Shown piece after piece: positions 27,883 to 36,593 of a stretch of DNA of 58,582 nucleotides. The DNA comes from a virus (taxonomy: Duplodnaviria > Caudoviricetes). Below the pieces are notes generated by a model that was not told where the DNA came from, ran no database searches, and saw nothing but the letters and a program-made list of their open reading frames with translations. A program made the translations under genes and the position numbers. The stretch lies in IMG/VR virus record IMGVR_UViG_3300032828_000001, positions 1 to 58,582 of that record; one strand, given 5' to 3'. Each line of letters begins with the position of its first letter. The first letter of the stretch is position 1.

Positions 27883-28246
27883 CGCCTTTCCCGGTGACGT
27901 TCACTTGCGACGGCGCGTCAAGGCCGAGGTAGCGTGCGCGCCGCTCCATGCCCCGCATGATGGTGTCGGCCGCCCGCGGGTCGCCTTTCTTCGGCCATAG
28001 CGCGACTAGGAGTGTATCGAGGCGGCGCAGCTCCATCTCGCGGATGCGCTCGGCCGTGTCCGTTGCGTGCTTCGACGCTTCCGCGAGCGCGGCCTGGACG
28101 TGGCGCCATGCGCTGCGCTTCGAGATCTCGAGCGCACCGGCGATCCGCTCGTAGCTCGCGCCCGCGATCCGCAGGTCAAGCGCGCGCTGCCGCAGGTCGG
28201 CCGTGCGTGCCGTGCGCTTCCCCGCACGCTTGCCGGGTTCACCCAC
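27716..28246 (-). CDS. terS: Terminase small subunit (HTH)
   Basis: ALDLRIAGASYERIAGAL HTH, ERRARYLGLDAP, VTGKGGGPIE. Confidence 0.85.
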   Translation of the reverse strand: MGEPGKRAGKRTARTADLRQRALDLRIAGASYERIAGALEISKRSAWRHVQAALAEASKHATDTAERIREMELRRLDTLLVALWPKKGDPRAADTIMRGMERRARYLGLDAPSQVNVTGKGGGPIEFTGYTDSERALAVDAVLEAARERRARQDPPSADPLVPVSGPADGGAGEPG

Positions 28247-28758
28247 GGCGTAACCTTACGCGCGGGTTTACACGCAACCTTACAAGTGCCACGGCCCCCG
28301 GGTGCTCACACGCGCATTTGCCGCGCCGCCGCTCGGGATTTGCGCGCAATGAGCCGATCGATCGTGGCGCTTTGTTGTGGGGGGGCACTTTCGCGGCCTT
28401 TGATCCCTCCTATCACCGGCCCCGAAGAGGGAGCGAAGGCGATACCCGGCGGGGTCGCTTACCGCACCGCGGGCGCTAGGCCCGGCCGGGCCCCGGTCAA
28501 ATTCGCGTGTCGAGTGCGGGGAGCACCGCAAGCGGTGTGGGGGGCGAGGCGCGGCCTTGTTGCAAAAAGGTAGTAGGCGCGGACCGCGGCGATCGCTCCC
28601 CATAACCCCGCCGGGTCGCGAGGCGGCCGGGTGCGGGGCCCGCGCACTGCGTCGTTACCTCTTCCCGGCGCCCCGCACCTTGGCCCATCGCTCGAGCGGC
28701 GCCGCTCGGTTCGTGCGTCCTACTTGGCTGCCTTCAGGATCCAAGTCGACGACTCCGA

Positions 28759-29889
28759 TCATGCCCGTCCCAAGAGCTTCAAAGCATCGCACCTGGCCAT
28801 GGACGCGCCGCGGTACTCGAAGCTGGCAGTGAATCGTAACACGGACCGCGAACTTTTCCGCCTTGCGGCGAATTTGCCGCCGTCCCCCGGTCGGTGTTTG
28901 GGTGCTGTCACGCACAGCCAGTCACGGGAGCGAATGGCCCCCGCTATCACCGCGGGGTGCCCGCTGTTGAGAAAAACGCGATAGCCCAGACCGGCCCACA
29001 TGCTGGCGAGGTAGTCGCTAACCGCGTTTCCGATGCCAACGCCCTGGAAATCGGGCAAACAGACCGAGCGATGGACGCGCATCGCCGGTCGCGCGTCCAC
29101 GAGCTTTCCGACGAAATTCAGATAGGCGTGAAACGCCGCGGGCCGGTCGCCCAGGAACGCCACGAAGCAGGTAGCGGTACGGTGGAGGTCCGCGCTCAGA
29201 TAGTGATGCTTCTTGAACATAGCCCAAGACGAAGCCGGAACCCGCGCAATGGTGAGCGAGATCGGGGGGCGTCCTTGAAGTGACCTCCAACTGAATTTGT
29301 TCACTGCGGGCTCATAGACCCAGTCCGGATCCAGCCAGTCTTGGATGTCATAATGACAGCTCACCGCGATGAATCGGGCGCCGCGCCTGCGCACTGTCTT
29401 TGCTACGGCGGCGCTCCCTATCTGCGCGACCGTGCGGTCGACGACGGAGGTGAACTCGTCGATCACGGACAACTCCGGGTTCTCTGCTAGTGTGCGCGCG
29501 ATGCTGGCCCGGAACTGCTCGCCGTTCGAGAGCACGCGAAACGGGCGCAGCCAAGAGGGCGGCGAAGAAAACCCCACCGAGGAGAGCAAAAGGGCAATCT
29601 CCTTTATGCTTATACCTTCGGGAAATGCATCTAAGAGTGATCGATCCTCGGGCCACTCGTGACCGCCCACGACGTGGTCGCCAAAGAGCTCGCGCGCGAT
29701 GGTGCTCTTCCCGCACCCGGACGGTCCGACAATGAGTCCTATCGACCAAGGGCGCTCGTCGAGCGGCAGAGCAACGTCCCAAGTGAGCTCGCTTCGCTCG
29801 CTGGGTGGCACATCGAACATGCCTTGCAGTTGCAGAACCCGCGGAGATGCAACGATTTGGGACGCCCTTACGATATGAGCGCTCGGCAC
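28759..29889 (-). CDS. ABC-type ATPase fused to GNAT/Mom-like acyltransferase
   Basis: GPSGCGKST, LSNGEQFR, IDEFTS, SCHYD; then FKKHHYL and RSVCLPDFQGVGIG acetyl-CoA motif. Confidence 0.88.
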   Translation of the reverse strand: MPSAHIVRASQIVASPRVLQLQGMFDVPPSERSELTWDVALPLDERPWSIGLIVGPSGCGKSTIARELFGDHVVGGHEWPEDRSLLDAFPEGISIKEIALLLSSVGFSSPPSWLRPFRVLSNGEQFRASIARTLAENPELSVIDEFTSVVDRTVAQIGSAAVAKTVRRRGARFIAVSCHYDIQDWLDPDWVYEPAVNKFSWRSLQGRPPISLTIARVPASSWAMFKKHHYLSADLHRTATCFVAFLGDRPAAFHAYLNFVGKLVDARPAMRVHRSVCLPDFQGVGIGNAVSDYLASMWAGLGYRVFLNSGHPAVIAGAIRSRDWLCVTAPKHRPGDGGKFAARRKSSRSVLRFTASFEYRGASMARCDALKLLGRA

Positions 29890-30443
29890 GTCCGCCCCTC
29901 CGCGGTGAGCCGTTCCAACAGCTCGGTCTGTTCTGCCTCGGTTTCACAAATGACGATGATCTCGAAGTGGTCTGTTATCTCCGCACCCTCAGTGTCCTCG
30001 TCCACCGGCTTCTCTTTGCGGAGCTTATCTAAGAGTGCGTTTATCCCAGCGTCGTCGGTGGCGACGTCTTCAAGAAGGGCCTGAAGAGCCTCCTCGTCGT
30101 GCCGCGCCATCGCGGTGATCGGGTCAAGCACCGCGAGCGCGAGCCGCTCCTCTTCCTCGGACAGCTCAACTTGGGTCACCGGAATGGTCGCGAGCCCGGC
30201 GCGGATTGCCTCTTCTATCCGGGCGTGACCGTCGATGACGTGACCCGTGGTGTTGTTCACGACGACTGTCTTTACCCACCCGAGTTCCTTAATCGACCCC
30301 CTAAGCGCGTCCATCTGCGCGGCCGGGTGGCGCCGAAAGTTCTTCGGGTTCGCAACAAGCTCGCGCGGGGCGGCCTCCCCGTGGCCGACGATGCGCGAGC
30401 GTATGAGCGTTGCTGCCTCGGCCGCCGCTTTCTTCCTCGCCAT
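29868..30443 (-). CDS. ParB N-terminal (ParB/Srx) domain protein
   Basis: NPKNFRRH, SIKELGW, VIDGHAR. Confidence 0.88.
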   Translation of the reverse strand: MARKKAAAEAATLIRSRIVGHGEAAPRELVANPKNFRRHPAAQMDALRGSIKELGWVKTVVVNNTTGHVIDGHARIEEAIRAGLATIPVTQVELSEEEERLALAVLDPITAMARHDEEALQALLEDVATDDAGINALLDKLRKEKPVDEDTEGAEITDHFEIIVICETEAEQTELLERLTAEGRTCRALIS

Positions 30444-30454
30444 GTGTACGCCCC

Positions 30455-31429
30455 TCACTCGAAGTCGATCGAGTCCTCGTGTCTGCACCTAAAGTAGTCG
30501 CGCAGATCGTTCCGCATGCGGATGCCCTGGTCCGAGAAAATGAGCAACCCCTGCGCGTCGTGCTTCACGTCGACGAGCGGATCGTACCGGTGCTTTTCGA
30601 GTATCTTCCACCGGTCGATGTACCGCCGGTCAACCTTCTTTCCGTGCCAATGGTGTAACAGCGTCCCCGGCACATAGCCAAGATTCTGCCGGATGTGGCG
30701 CGTCGCCCGGTCCTGCCAGCGGTAGACCTCGTCGTGGTAGTGCGGGTGGAGCGTCGCCGGCACCGAGTAGTGGGCCATTCCGAGTAGCGCGAGTGCCATG
30801 TGGTGGTCGCCCGCGCCCAGGATCGCGTGCTCCATGAGTCCGCCGAGGTCGTCGTAAGCCTCGCGTCGCATGGCCCACGCATACCCGGGGTGACGGAAGA
30901 CGCCCACCGGCGCGTTCATCCCGGTGTACACATCCCGTGTCCACTTGATGGGCAGCCCGTGCGCGTGCGAGTAGCCGAACCCGTCGTAGACCCGGAACGA
31001 CTCGCCCCGCGGCCCTAAGTCAACCGCGGTCTGGAAGAGCTGGACGATCGCGAAATGTTGCAGCTGGTGAATGGTCTCGACCGCCCAATCGCGGTTGATT
31101 AGTTCCACGTCGGCATCGATCCACGCCACATACTGCCAGTCGCTAGGCAGCCGGCGCACGCCGATGTTGACGAGGTTCTCTTTGAGCCACAGCTCGTCCG
31201 TCTGCCGCAGCTGCACATGGTCGAAGTCCTCCGCCTCGGTCACCTCGTAATCGCGGGCGCCGAACGCGGCTTCCACAATGTGCAGGTTGACGCGGTCGCG
31301 GCGCATCCGGGCCGCAAACTCCTGAAAGAGGCGCAGGCGTGAGTTAAACCGCAACGGGTTGTTGATCACCGCGATGACGTGCAGTTGATTCGGCGTGAAG
31401 GACGGTTTCACTTGCGGTCCAGTCTGCAC
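30455..31429 (-). CDS. Putative GT-A glycosyltransferase
   Basis: LWLKENLVN, YVAWIDADV (DxD), HPGYAWA, ILGAGD, HHWHG. Confidence 0.7.
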   Translation of the reverse strand: MQTGPQVKPSFTPNQLHVIAVINNPLRFNSRLRLFQEFAARMRRDRVNLHIVEAAFGARDYEVTEAEDFDHVQLRQTDELWLKENLVNIGVRRLPSDWQYVAWIDADVELINRDWAVETIHQLQHFAIVQLFQTAVDLGPRGESFRVYDGFGYSHAHGLPIKWTRDVYTGMNAPVGVFRHPGYAWAMRREAYDDLGGLMEHAILGAGDHHMALALLGMAHYSVPATLHPHYHDEVYRWQDRATRHIRQNLGYVPGTLLHHWHGKKVDRRYIDRWKILEKHRYDPLVDVKHDAQGLLIFSDQGIRMRNDLRDYFRCRHEDSIDFE

Positions 31430-31448
31430 CCTGGTGCGTCGCTCATCG

Positions 31449-31649
31449 CTAACCCTCCCACCGTGTCACGTAGTCGAGAAACTCTTGTGCGACCCGCAGT
31501 AGCAGGCGCGCGTCATCGTGCGTCGCCGTAGCGACGGACGACTGCCGGTCGAGCAGGCGATGTTCGCGCGCGAGATCGCGCTCGAGCGCGCCCGCGAAGG
31601 CGTCTACCACCTCGCGTTTCACAAGCGCCACCGCGTCGCGCCGTAGCAT
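31449..31649 (-). CDS. Hypothetical protein
   Basis: Coupled ORF in operon. Confidence 0.5.
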   Translation of the reverse strand: MLRRDAVALVKREVVDAFAGALERDLAREHRLLDRQSSVATATHDDARLLLRVAQEFLDYVTRWEG

Positions 31650-32360
31650 TCAGCCCCCCAAGATCCCGTCCGCGTCCGGCTCGTCGGGATCGGGCGGCGT
31701 TTCCGTTCCGCGAACGTTGGTCGCGACGAGGTCATCGAGCCGCACGAAATCCTCCTCGGCGCGCCGCACCGAATGCGGCTCGCCCCATCCCGGCGGGTGG
31801 TCGATGTCGGGCGGCTCGCAGAGGTCCGGCCCGGTCCGCGACAGATACCAGGCGCGGCGCGCCACGTGCTGGTCATGCGCGTCGGTGCGGTAAAACATCC
31901 GGCCCGGGTTCGCCGCGAGTGTCGGTTCCCATCCCCGCGGCGTCGCCCGCCGGTAGGCGTTGCCTTCCGGGCAGAGGCCGGACCGGCAGTAATCATACAC
32001 AGCGGCGCGCTTGTCGCGCAGGGTTCCGTCGCCGAGCTTGTTCCGGCCCGGCCAGCGCGCCTCTTGCCGTTCCAGACAGGTGGTGAGCGGCATGCACCGC
32101 ACGTGAAAGTGCGGGCAGGCGACGTGGTCGGACGCCAAAAGCCGCGGGGGCAGGCCCTCGCGCGCATCCCATACCCGCAGCGCGGGCGCGCCCGGGACGC
32201 GCTTGCCGGCGCGGTGGGCTTGCCGGACGTGGATTACGACCGCCAAGGCGAGGGCGAGGCGTAGGAGCTCGCGCGCGGCGAGCTCGCGCGGGGCGGGCGC
32301 GGGTCTTCTGCGCAAGCGAGGCGTGGGAAGCGGATACGTCCCGCAGGCGGCCGGGCGCAA
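31650..32360 (-). CDS. Hypothetical Cys-containing protein (start uncertain)
   Basis: ACPHF...CLERQ...YCRSGLCPEG; N-terminal part low complexity. Confidence 0.5.
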   Translation of the reverse strand: MRPAACGTYPLPTPRLRRRPAPAPRELAARELLRLALALAVVIHVRQAHRAGKRVPGAPALRVWDAREGLPPRLLASDHVACPHFHVRCMPLTTCLERQEARWPGRNKLGDGTLRDKRAAVYDYCRSGLCPEGNAYRRATPRGWEPTLAANPGRMFYRTDAHDQHVARRAWYLSRTGPDLCEPPDIDHPPGWGEPHSVRRAEEDFVRLDDLVATNVRGTETPPDPDEPDADGILGG

Positions 32361-32478
32361 GCGGCGGGCAGGGCGCGACGCGCTTCACGGCCCGTGCGAC
32401 GCGGTGCCCGACGGGCGAGCGTACGCTCGCCCCATTCGCGCTCGTTCTCCGGCGCGTCACCCTGCGTAGAGGAGCGGC

Positions 32479-32517
32479 AAAAGAAACGGGGCCGCTCCGG
32501 ATGGAGAGCGGCCCCGT
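32479..32517 (-). terminator. Rho-independent terminator after recombination genes
   Basis: 12-bp stem ACGGGGCCGCTC/GAGCGGCCCCGT followed by TTCTTTT on minus strand. Confidence 0.8.
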
Positions 32518-32546
32518 GGAACCCGACTCGCAGACAGGTACAGGAA

Positions 32547-33326
32547 CTAACGACGTGCCCGGCGCGCTCTACCGGTGCGCCGTGCCGGTGAGCTCTTTAG
32601 CCCGCTCCCCTTCCCCGCACCGGTCCCGGACGGGGCGGGGGCGCGGCGCGGCTCGGCCCGCGTCTGTGCGCGCGGAGCGGGCACCCGGCGCGGCAAGGGG
32701 GGACGCGCGGGGATGCCGGGGGCGGGCACGGACGCCCTTCCCAATGGCGCGGCGGGCCTAGTCACCGCCTCGTGCGGGTCCAAAAACGGCGCGCCGCCCC
32801 CCGCGACCGGGGCGAGCGGGATCCGGCGCTGGGCAGGGGGCGCCTGAACCGCCGCGGCCGGCGGTTCGTCCCCGTCCACGTACTGCTCGAGCTCGTCGGG
32901 GACCTCGGGCGTATCCGAGGGGTCGCCGCTCGTCGGGAGCATGTGTTTCACTTTCCGTCCCCGCCCGGGCATCACGAGGGGCGTCGGGCGCGTCAACTCG
33001 GGCGAGCCCCGCACGCGGATCCCGCTGCCCGGGCTGCCGTCGCTCTTTTCGATGTCGACGCAATAGATCGTGACTTGATGTCCTATCCATTCCGAGGTGC
33101 GCCGGCCGAACATGGCGGCCACGCAGTGAACGGAGCCCTTGTTTAGGATCCACCCCTTTTCGAGCTCGGCCGACAAGATCATCGGCAGCGGGTCTTTTTG
33201 GCCCGCCATCGGCTCCATGCGAAAATCACTAATCGTGATTGTGTAGTCGGCCCCCCGGATGTCGTCGCCCTTCAGGTATTTCGATTCCAGCGGCGGAAAT
33301 AGCTCGTTGATGTCATAGTCGGTCAT
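32547..33326 (-). CDS. Putative ssDNA-binding/annealing protein
   Basis: SKYLK..DI, ILNK, FG..TSEWIG..VTI, GIRV; adjacent to exonuclease. Confidence 0.6.
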   Translation of the reverse strand: MTDYDINELFPPLESKYLKGDDIRGADYTITISDFRMEPMAGQKDPLPMILSAELEKGWILNKGSVHCVAAMFGRRTSEWIGHQVTIYCVDIEKSDGSPGSGIRVRGSPELTRPTPLVMPGRGRKVKHMLPTSGDPSDTPEVPDELEQYVDGDEPPAAAVQAPPAQRRIPLAPVAGGGAPFLDPHEAVTRPAAPLGRASVPAPGIPARPPLPRRVPAPRAQTRAEPRRAPAPSGTGAGKGSGLKSSPARRTGRARRARR

Positions 33327-33327
33327 G

Positions 33328-34218
33328 TCAGATCTCCACCCCGTCCACGATGATGCCCCATTTGTCAGCGCCCGCGCCCATCGCCCATTTCGGTAGGCTG
33401 AGCGTCGTTTCCGCTGCGCACCGGCCCGGCCAGGTGTTACTCGCCGTGCACTCAGCTACCTTGGCCAGGATGTCGGCCACCATGGCGTCGCCGGCATCGA
33501 GCGCCTCGGCATCGAGCGCGACCACGCCGACGTCATGGGGCGCGGTCACTTCGACGCAGATAAGCTTCGCCGGCAGATCGACCCCTAGTGCGGCCTTGAT
33601 GCCCCGCCGGTAGTACGCCATCTGCCCGTGATACCCGGCGCGCGCCACCGTGGCGGCGAGCAAGGACGGCTCGAGCGAGGGGACCCCTTTGAGGTCGTAC
33701 AACGCGGACTCGGGGTCAAGCCAGTCCATCTTGCACTTGCAGTGTATTCCGGTCGCCGCGTCCACCCACTGTATGACCTGCTCGGCCTTACCGCGCGCGA
33801 GCGTCTTGCCCGCAACCGGGTGCCCGCGCACCGCGTCGCGCACCGCCAGGCACTTCGTGTACTCGGCGACCTTCAGGATCGTCCTCCCCGCGTGCGCCGC
33901 CTCGAATGCTTCCCACGCTTTTCCGGCGCGGCGGTCGCCCTGCCACAGCACGTAGTCGAGGAGGAACCGATCGGGCTCGAAAACCGCGGTATGGTCCGCG
34001 CGGCCGAGCGCGCGCCCGGTAGTGTCGTCGGACGGATTGGCGAGCCTAAACGCATAGTGACGCGGGCTCGCGCGCATGGTCTTCGCGACCGTCCAGCGCA
34101 GCCCCGCCAGCGCGTCGTATGCCTCGTATCCCGCAGCGCTGGACGGACCCTTTGCGGCGGCCGGCGGCGCGGCTGCGGGTGGTACTGGTTTCACAACGGC
34201 CTTGCTGCGTGGCGCCAT
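33328..34218 (-). CDS. RecE-like (exonuclease VIII, DUF3799) PD-(D/E)XK nuclease
   Basis: GRADHTAVFEP, AEQVIQW, CKCKMDW, YDLK, YHGQMAYY. Confidence 0.85.
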   Translation of the reverse strand: MAPRSKAVVKPVPPAAAPPAAAKGPSSAAGYEAYDALAGLRWTVAKTMRASPRHYAFRLANPSDDTTGRALGRADHTAVFEPDRFLLDYVLWQGDRRAGKAWEAFEAAHAGRTILKVAEYTKCLAVRDAVRGHPVAGKTLARGKAEQVIQWVDAATGIHCKCKMDWLDPESALYDLKGVPSLEPSLLAATVARAGYHGQMAYYRRGIKAALGVDLPAKLICVEVTAPHDVGVVALDAEALDAGDAMVADILAKVAECTASNTWPGRCAAETTLSLPKWAMGAGADKWGIIVDGVEI

Positions 34219-34273
34219 GGTGTTGCCTCCCGGTGTTGGTTCGTGGCGTGACTGCCTGTGTACTTGATGCGTG

Positions 34274-34450
34274 CTATCTACGGTCCTCCCGCGCCGCGTC
34301 GTGGCGGTCTTCGTCGAGCGCGTCGAGGCACTCGCGGCAGATGGTCGGGCGCGGCGCCCATCGGGGCGCGCGCTCGGTTGCCAGGTGGTGCCCGCAGTAG
34401 GCGCAAATGCGAATGCCGGCGGGGTCCAGATCGGTGTTGGGGTCGCGCAT
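34274..34450 (-). CDS. 58-aa zinc-ribbon protein (not in ORF track)
   Basis: MRDPNTDLDPAGIRICAYCG...ICRECLDALDE; extended -10 TGcTAGCGT 6 nt before ATG. Confidence 0.6.
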   Translation of the reverse strand: MRDPNTDLDPAGIRICAYCGHHLATERAPRWAPRPTICRECLDALDEDRHDAAREDRR

Positions 34451-34455
34451 GCGGG

Positions 34456-34475
34456 CACGCTAGCATGCTAGCGTG
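34456..34475. promoter_or_regulatory. Perfect 20-bp palindrome, candidate operator in divergent promoter region
   Basis: CACGCTAGCATGCTAGCGTG overlapping leftward -10; further GCTAG/GCTAC copies 34517-34543. Confidence 0.65.
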
Positions 34476-34558
34476 GCTCGGGCAATAGGGGGGGGGCGCG
34501 CCCGCGCGCTTGTGCGTGCTACGCTAGCCAGGTACCTAGCTACTATAAGGAGGCAGCG

Positions 34559-34783
34559 ATGCGGCCACCGAAAAGAGTCGCGCCCGCGCGCCGGCCCGAA
34601 CGCGCGCGCCGCGGGCACTGGCAGATGCTCGTGCGCGTGACCGAGGCGCAGGCGCTCGCGCTACGTGAGGAGGCCACCCGGCGCGCCGAAGCCGCGGGCT
34701 CGATACGGCCGGACGTGAGCGCGCTCGTGCGCGAGGCGCTCGATGCGTGGATGGTCGCGGCGGCCAAAACCACGCGCAAATAG
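34559..34783 (+). CDS. Ribbon-helix-helix (CopG/Arc-like) regulator
   Basis: MLVRVTEAQ..AL...DVSALVREALDAW; AAGGAGG RBS. Confidence 0.8.
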   Translation: MRPPKRVAPARRPERARRGHWQMLVRVTEAQALALREEATRRAEAAGSIRPDVSALVREALDAWMVAAAKTTRK

Positions 34784-34812
34784 GCGGTGCGGCACGTACC
34801 CCGATCGTGGGA

Positions 34813-34853
34813 CACGCCGCACCGTTGACAGTGCGGCGTGCGCGCGGTAGGGT
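34813..34853 (+). promoter_or_regulatory. Sigma70 promoter with inverted-repeat operator around -35
   Basis: TTGACA(34825)-17nt-TAGGGT(34848); CACGCCGCAC(34813)/GTGCGGCGTG(34831). Confidence 0.8.
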
Positions 34854-34920
34854 ACGAGACATCAAGGGCGGCACGGAGCCACCCAGACGAAAAGGGGCAC
34901 GGAGCCTCGGGAGCAACACC

Positions 34921-35217
34921 ATGACGAACGCAACGCGGATCGCAGCCCCCCGCTACATCGTCCAGACCGCCACCGCGCATATGCCGACCTCGTGCTGGGG
35001 GCGCTACGGGCGCGTCGCGGTGCTCGAGGTCGAGGCCGGAATCACGGGTGTCGCGATGATCTCGCCGCGCGCCCGCGGGTGCGTGCGAGTGGTCCGGACC
35101 TGGGAAAAGCGGAACATCGGCACGACCAACCGCTGCGCCTACGCCCGCGCCCTCGCCGAGGCCAAGGCGCTCGCCGCGGAGCTGAACGCCTCCGCCACTC
35201 CCCCTCTCGCCGCCTGA
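34921..35217 (+). CDS. Early hypothetical protein
   Basis: GGGAG RBS, first gene after strong promoter. Confidence 0.7.
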   Translation: MTNATRIAAPRYIVQTATAHMPTSCWGRYGRVAVLEVEAGITGVAMISPRARGCVRVVRTWEKRNIGTTNRCAYARALAEAKALAAELNASATPPLAA

Positions 35218-35344
35218 GTCCCGGAGTCGGGCGCCCCATCGCGGGCGCCCGCCCGCGCGGCGTGCCGAGGCGACTCGGCGCACCGCGCGGGCCAAGGCCC
35301 GAACCGGCGCACGGAGCGCCGGACAACAACAGGGAGTGCACAGC

Positions 35345-36307
35345 ATGGACGCAACAGTCACGATCGAGGTTTACCCTGAGTATGCGGTGCCCAGCGAGGG
35401 GCGGGTGGAGTGGCTAGAGGCGCACGGGGCGCCCCCGAGCTCCGCAGAGGTAAGCGTCACGGCCCCACTCGCGCAGTGGGAGGCGGCCGGTATCGGCATC
35501 GCGGCGAACGGGGGATTGGAATGGTACGGCCGGGAGAAGGATGGTGTCGCGGATACGATCCGCGGCGCCATCACCCGGCGGATCCGCGCCACGGGCGAGG
35601 TCCCGGTCGAGTTCGATGCGACTGATGTGCTGGCGGGCCTGGCACGGGAGCGCGAGAAGGCGCTGCGCGCCGCCGCCATCGAGGCCGAACGGAAGGAGGC
35701 CGAGGAAAGGGCGGCCAAGGCACTCCACCGCCAGCGGGCCGAGGAGCAGCTCGCCGTGATGCGTGCCGGGGGCGATGATGCCATCGAGGCGTGGCGACGG
35801 CTAGATAGCCCGAAAATGTGGTGGAACAATTTGACCGACAGTGAAAAGGCGGAGGTGACCGCATGGGGAGAGGCGTACGAGGTGGCGAAGAAGGCCGCGC
35901 AGGAGCGCGCGAAGGACGAGATCCGCGCGTTCGCGGCGGATGGTCTCGCCGGTCCCGCGGCGCAGCGCGCGGCCAAGGAGGGATACGACGTGATAGGCGC
36001 CGTGCTCGATTCCGTTGCCGCGCAACAGCTCCCGGCGCCCCACGCCCGTAGCGTCCCCGACGACGACTACGAGTGGGAAGAGCGGCCCTCGCCGAATGAG
36101 GATGCGTTCGCGCTGCTCGATCGAATCGCGCAGGCGGTCGCGGCGGCAACGGTCCGGCCCGCCTGCGTGAACGTCGACTGCTCCCGGATCATGCGGATCA
36201 CTGAGCCCGAGGGAGAGGAGGAACACGGGCGGAAGCGCACCGGGGTCGTCGTGACCATCTCGAGCCCCATCACGCCCAATCGGTACCTCCTGTACTACGT
36301 CGAGTAA
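35345..36307 (+). CDS. Early hypothetical protein with central coiled coil
   Basis: GGGAG RBS, 320 aa, protein-like composition. Confidence 0.75.
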   Translation: MDATVTIEVYPEYAVPSEGRVEWLEAHGAPPSSAEVSVTAPLAQWEAAGIGIAANGGLEWYGREKDGVADTIRGAITRRIRATGEVPVEFDATDVLAGLAREREKALRAAAIEAERKEAEERAAKALHRQRAEEQLAVMRAGGDDAIEAWRRLDSPKMWWNNLTDSEKAEVTAWGEAYEVAKKAAQERAKDEIRAFAADGLAGPAAQRAAKEGYDVIGAVLDSVAAQQLPAPHARSVPDDDYEWEERPSPNEDAFALLDRIAQAVAAATVRPACVNVDCSRIMRITEPEGEEEHGRKRTGVVVTISSPITPNRYLLYYVE

Positions 36308-36316
36308 ACCACGTGT

Positions 36317-36345
36317 GAAGGGCGCCCCAAGATGGGGCGCCCTTC
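36317..36345. promoter_or_regulatory. Intergenic 13-bp hairpin
   Basis: GAAGGGCGCCCCA-aga-TGGGGCGCCCTTC, no U-tract. Confidence 0.55.
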
Positions 36346-36377
36346 CGGAGCCGCCGCATCGACCGAAAGGAATAGCC

Positions 36378-36593
36378 ATGATGCTCTACGACATATTTTA
36401 CCCATCGTGCAAGGGGTTCGACCGCGATGTGCCGATCGTCGGCCCCCCGTTGCACGACCTCGATTACGCCGTCAACACGAACTGGGACCGCCACCGTCTC
36501 TATGCCGATTACGCGGGCGGGAAACTCGTGTGGTGCGCCCCGGAAGCCCTCTCGCTCCGAGGTCAGCGTCGGCATGGGGTCGGCACCCCATGA
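36378..36593 (+). CDS. Small early protein
   Basis: AAAGGA RBS; ATGA overlap with next gene. Confidence 0.65.
   Translation: MMLYDIFYPSCKGFDRDVPIVGPPLHDLDYAVNTNWDRHRLYADYAGGKLVWCAPEALSLRGQRRHGVGTP

Noticed and set aside
28759-29889. ABC transporter
   Set aside because: No permease or binding protein; ATPase is fused to a GNAT.
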